Positions 63,937 to 64,000 of a stretch of 64,000 bases of DNA are shown piece by piece (the stretch's first letter is position 1; the number at the start of each line of letters is the position of its first letter). Under the pieces are notes generated by a model, which was not told where the DNA came from, ran no database searches, and was given only the letters and a program-made list of their open reading frames with translations. Source of the stretch: Convolutriloba macropyga. Taxonomy: Eukaryota. Location: the NCBI RefSeq assembly GCF_964194025.1, contig NC_134475.1:15066001-15130000 (forward strand). Direction: 5' to 3'. Both the position numbers and the translations under genes were made by a program.

Positions 63937-64000
63937 AAGAATTCTTATCAACCATGAGATTTCAGCAAAAACTGATAGTTCGTTTTGCAAAGAAAAATTT

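Noticed and set aside
63632-63955. Poly-Val ORF
   Set aside because: Reverse translation of the (ACA)n microsatellite.

Overview
This is AT-rich, repeat-dense eukaryotic (metazoan, invertebrate-like) DNA with one assembly gap (34276-34557). The main host gene is a + strand integrin alpha subunit. Seven exons (5803-47284) join in frame through GT-AG sites and encode FG-GAP blades, thigh, calf-1/2, TM and tail; the 5' exons were not found. Its introns hold a decayed full-length Ty1/copia LTR element (22721-28427, - strand, TSD ATTAA) with an aberrant extra PBS+leader+LTR-tip at its 3' end, a CCC...GGG non-autonomous DNA transposon, and remnants of a CRE-like non-LTR element and a Gypsy pol. Related CCC...GGG elements lie up- and downstream of the exons. 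Further downstream are an intronless secreted PAN/TSP1-like/C-type-lectin-like gene (56850-57800), a foldback element, a decayed LINE and a 120-bp palindrome. The most striking observation is a 2.2-mer tandem array of ~311-325 bp units (30904-31599). Each full unit carries a near-canonical twister self-cleaving ribozyme on the - strand, and the array sits inside a DNA transposon. This resembles a twister-based retrozyme or circular-RNA element. All alignments and counts were done by eye.
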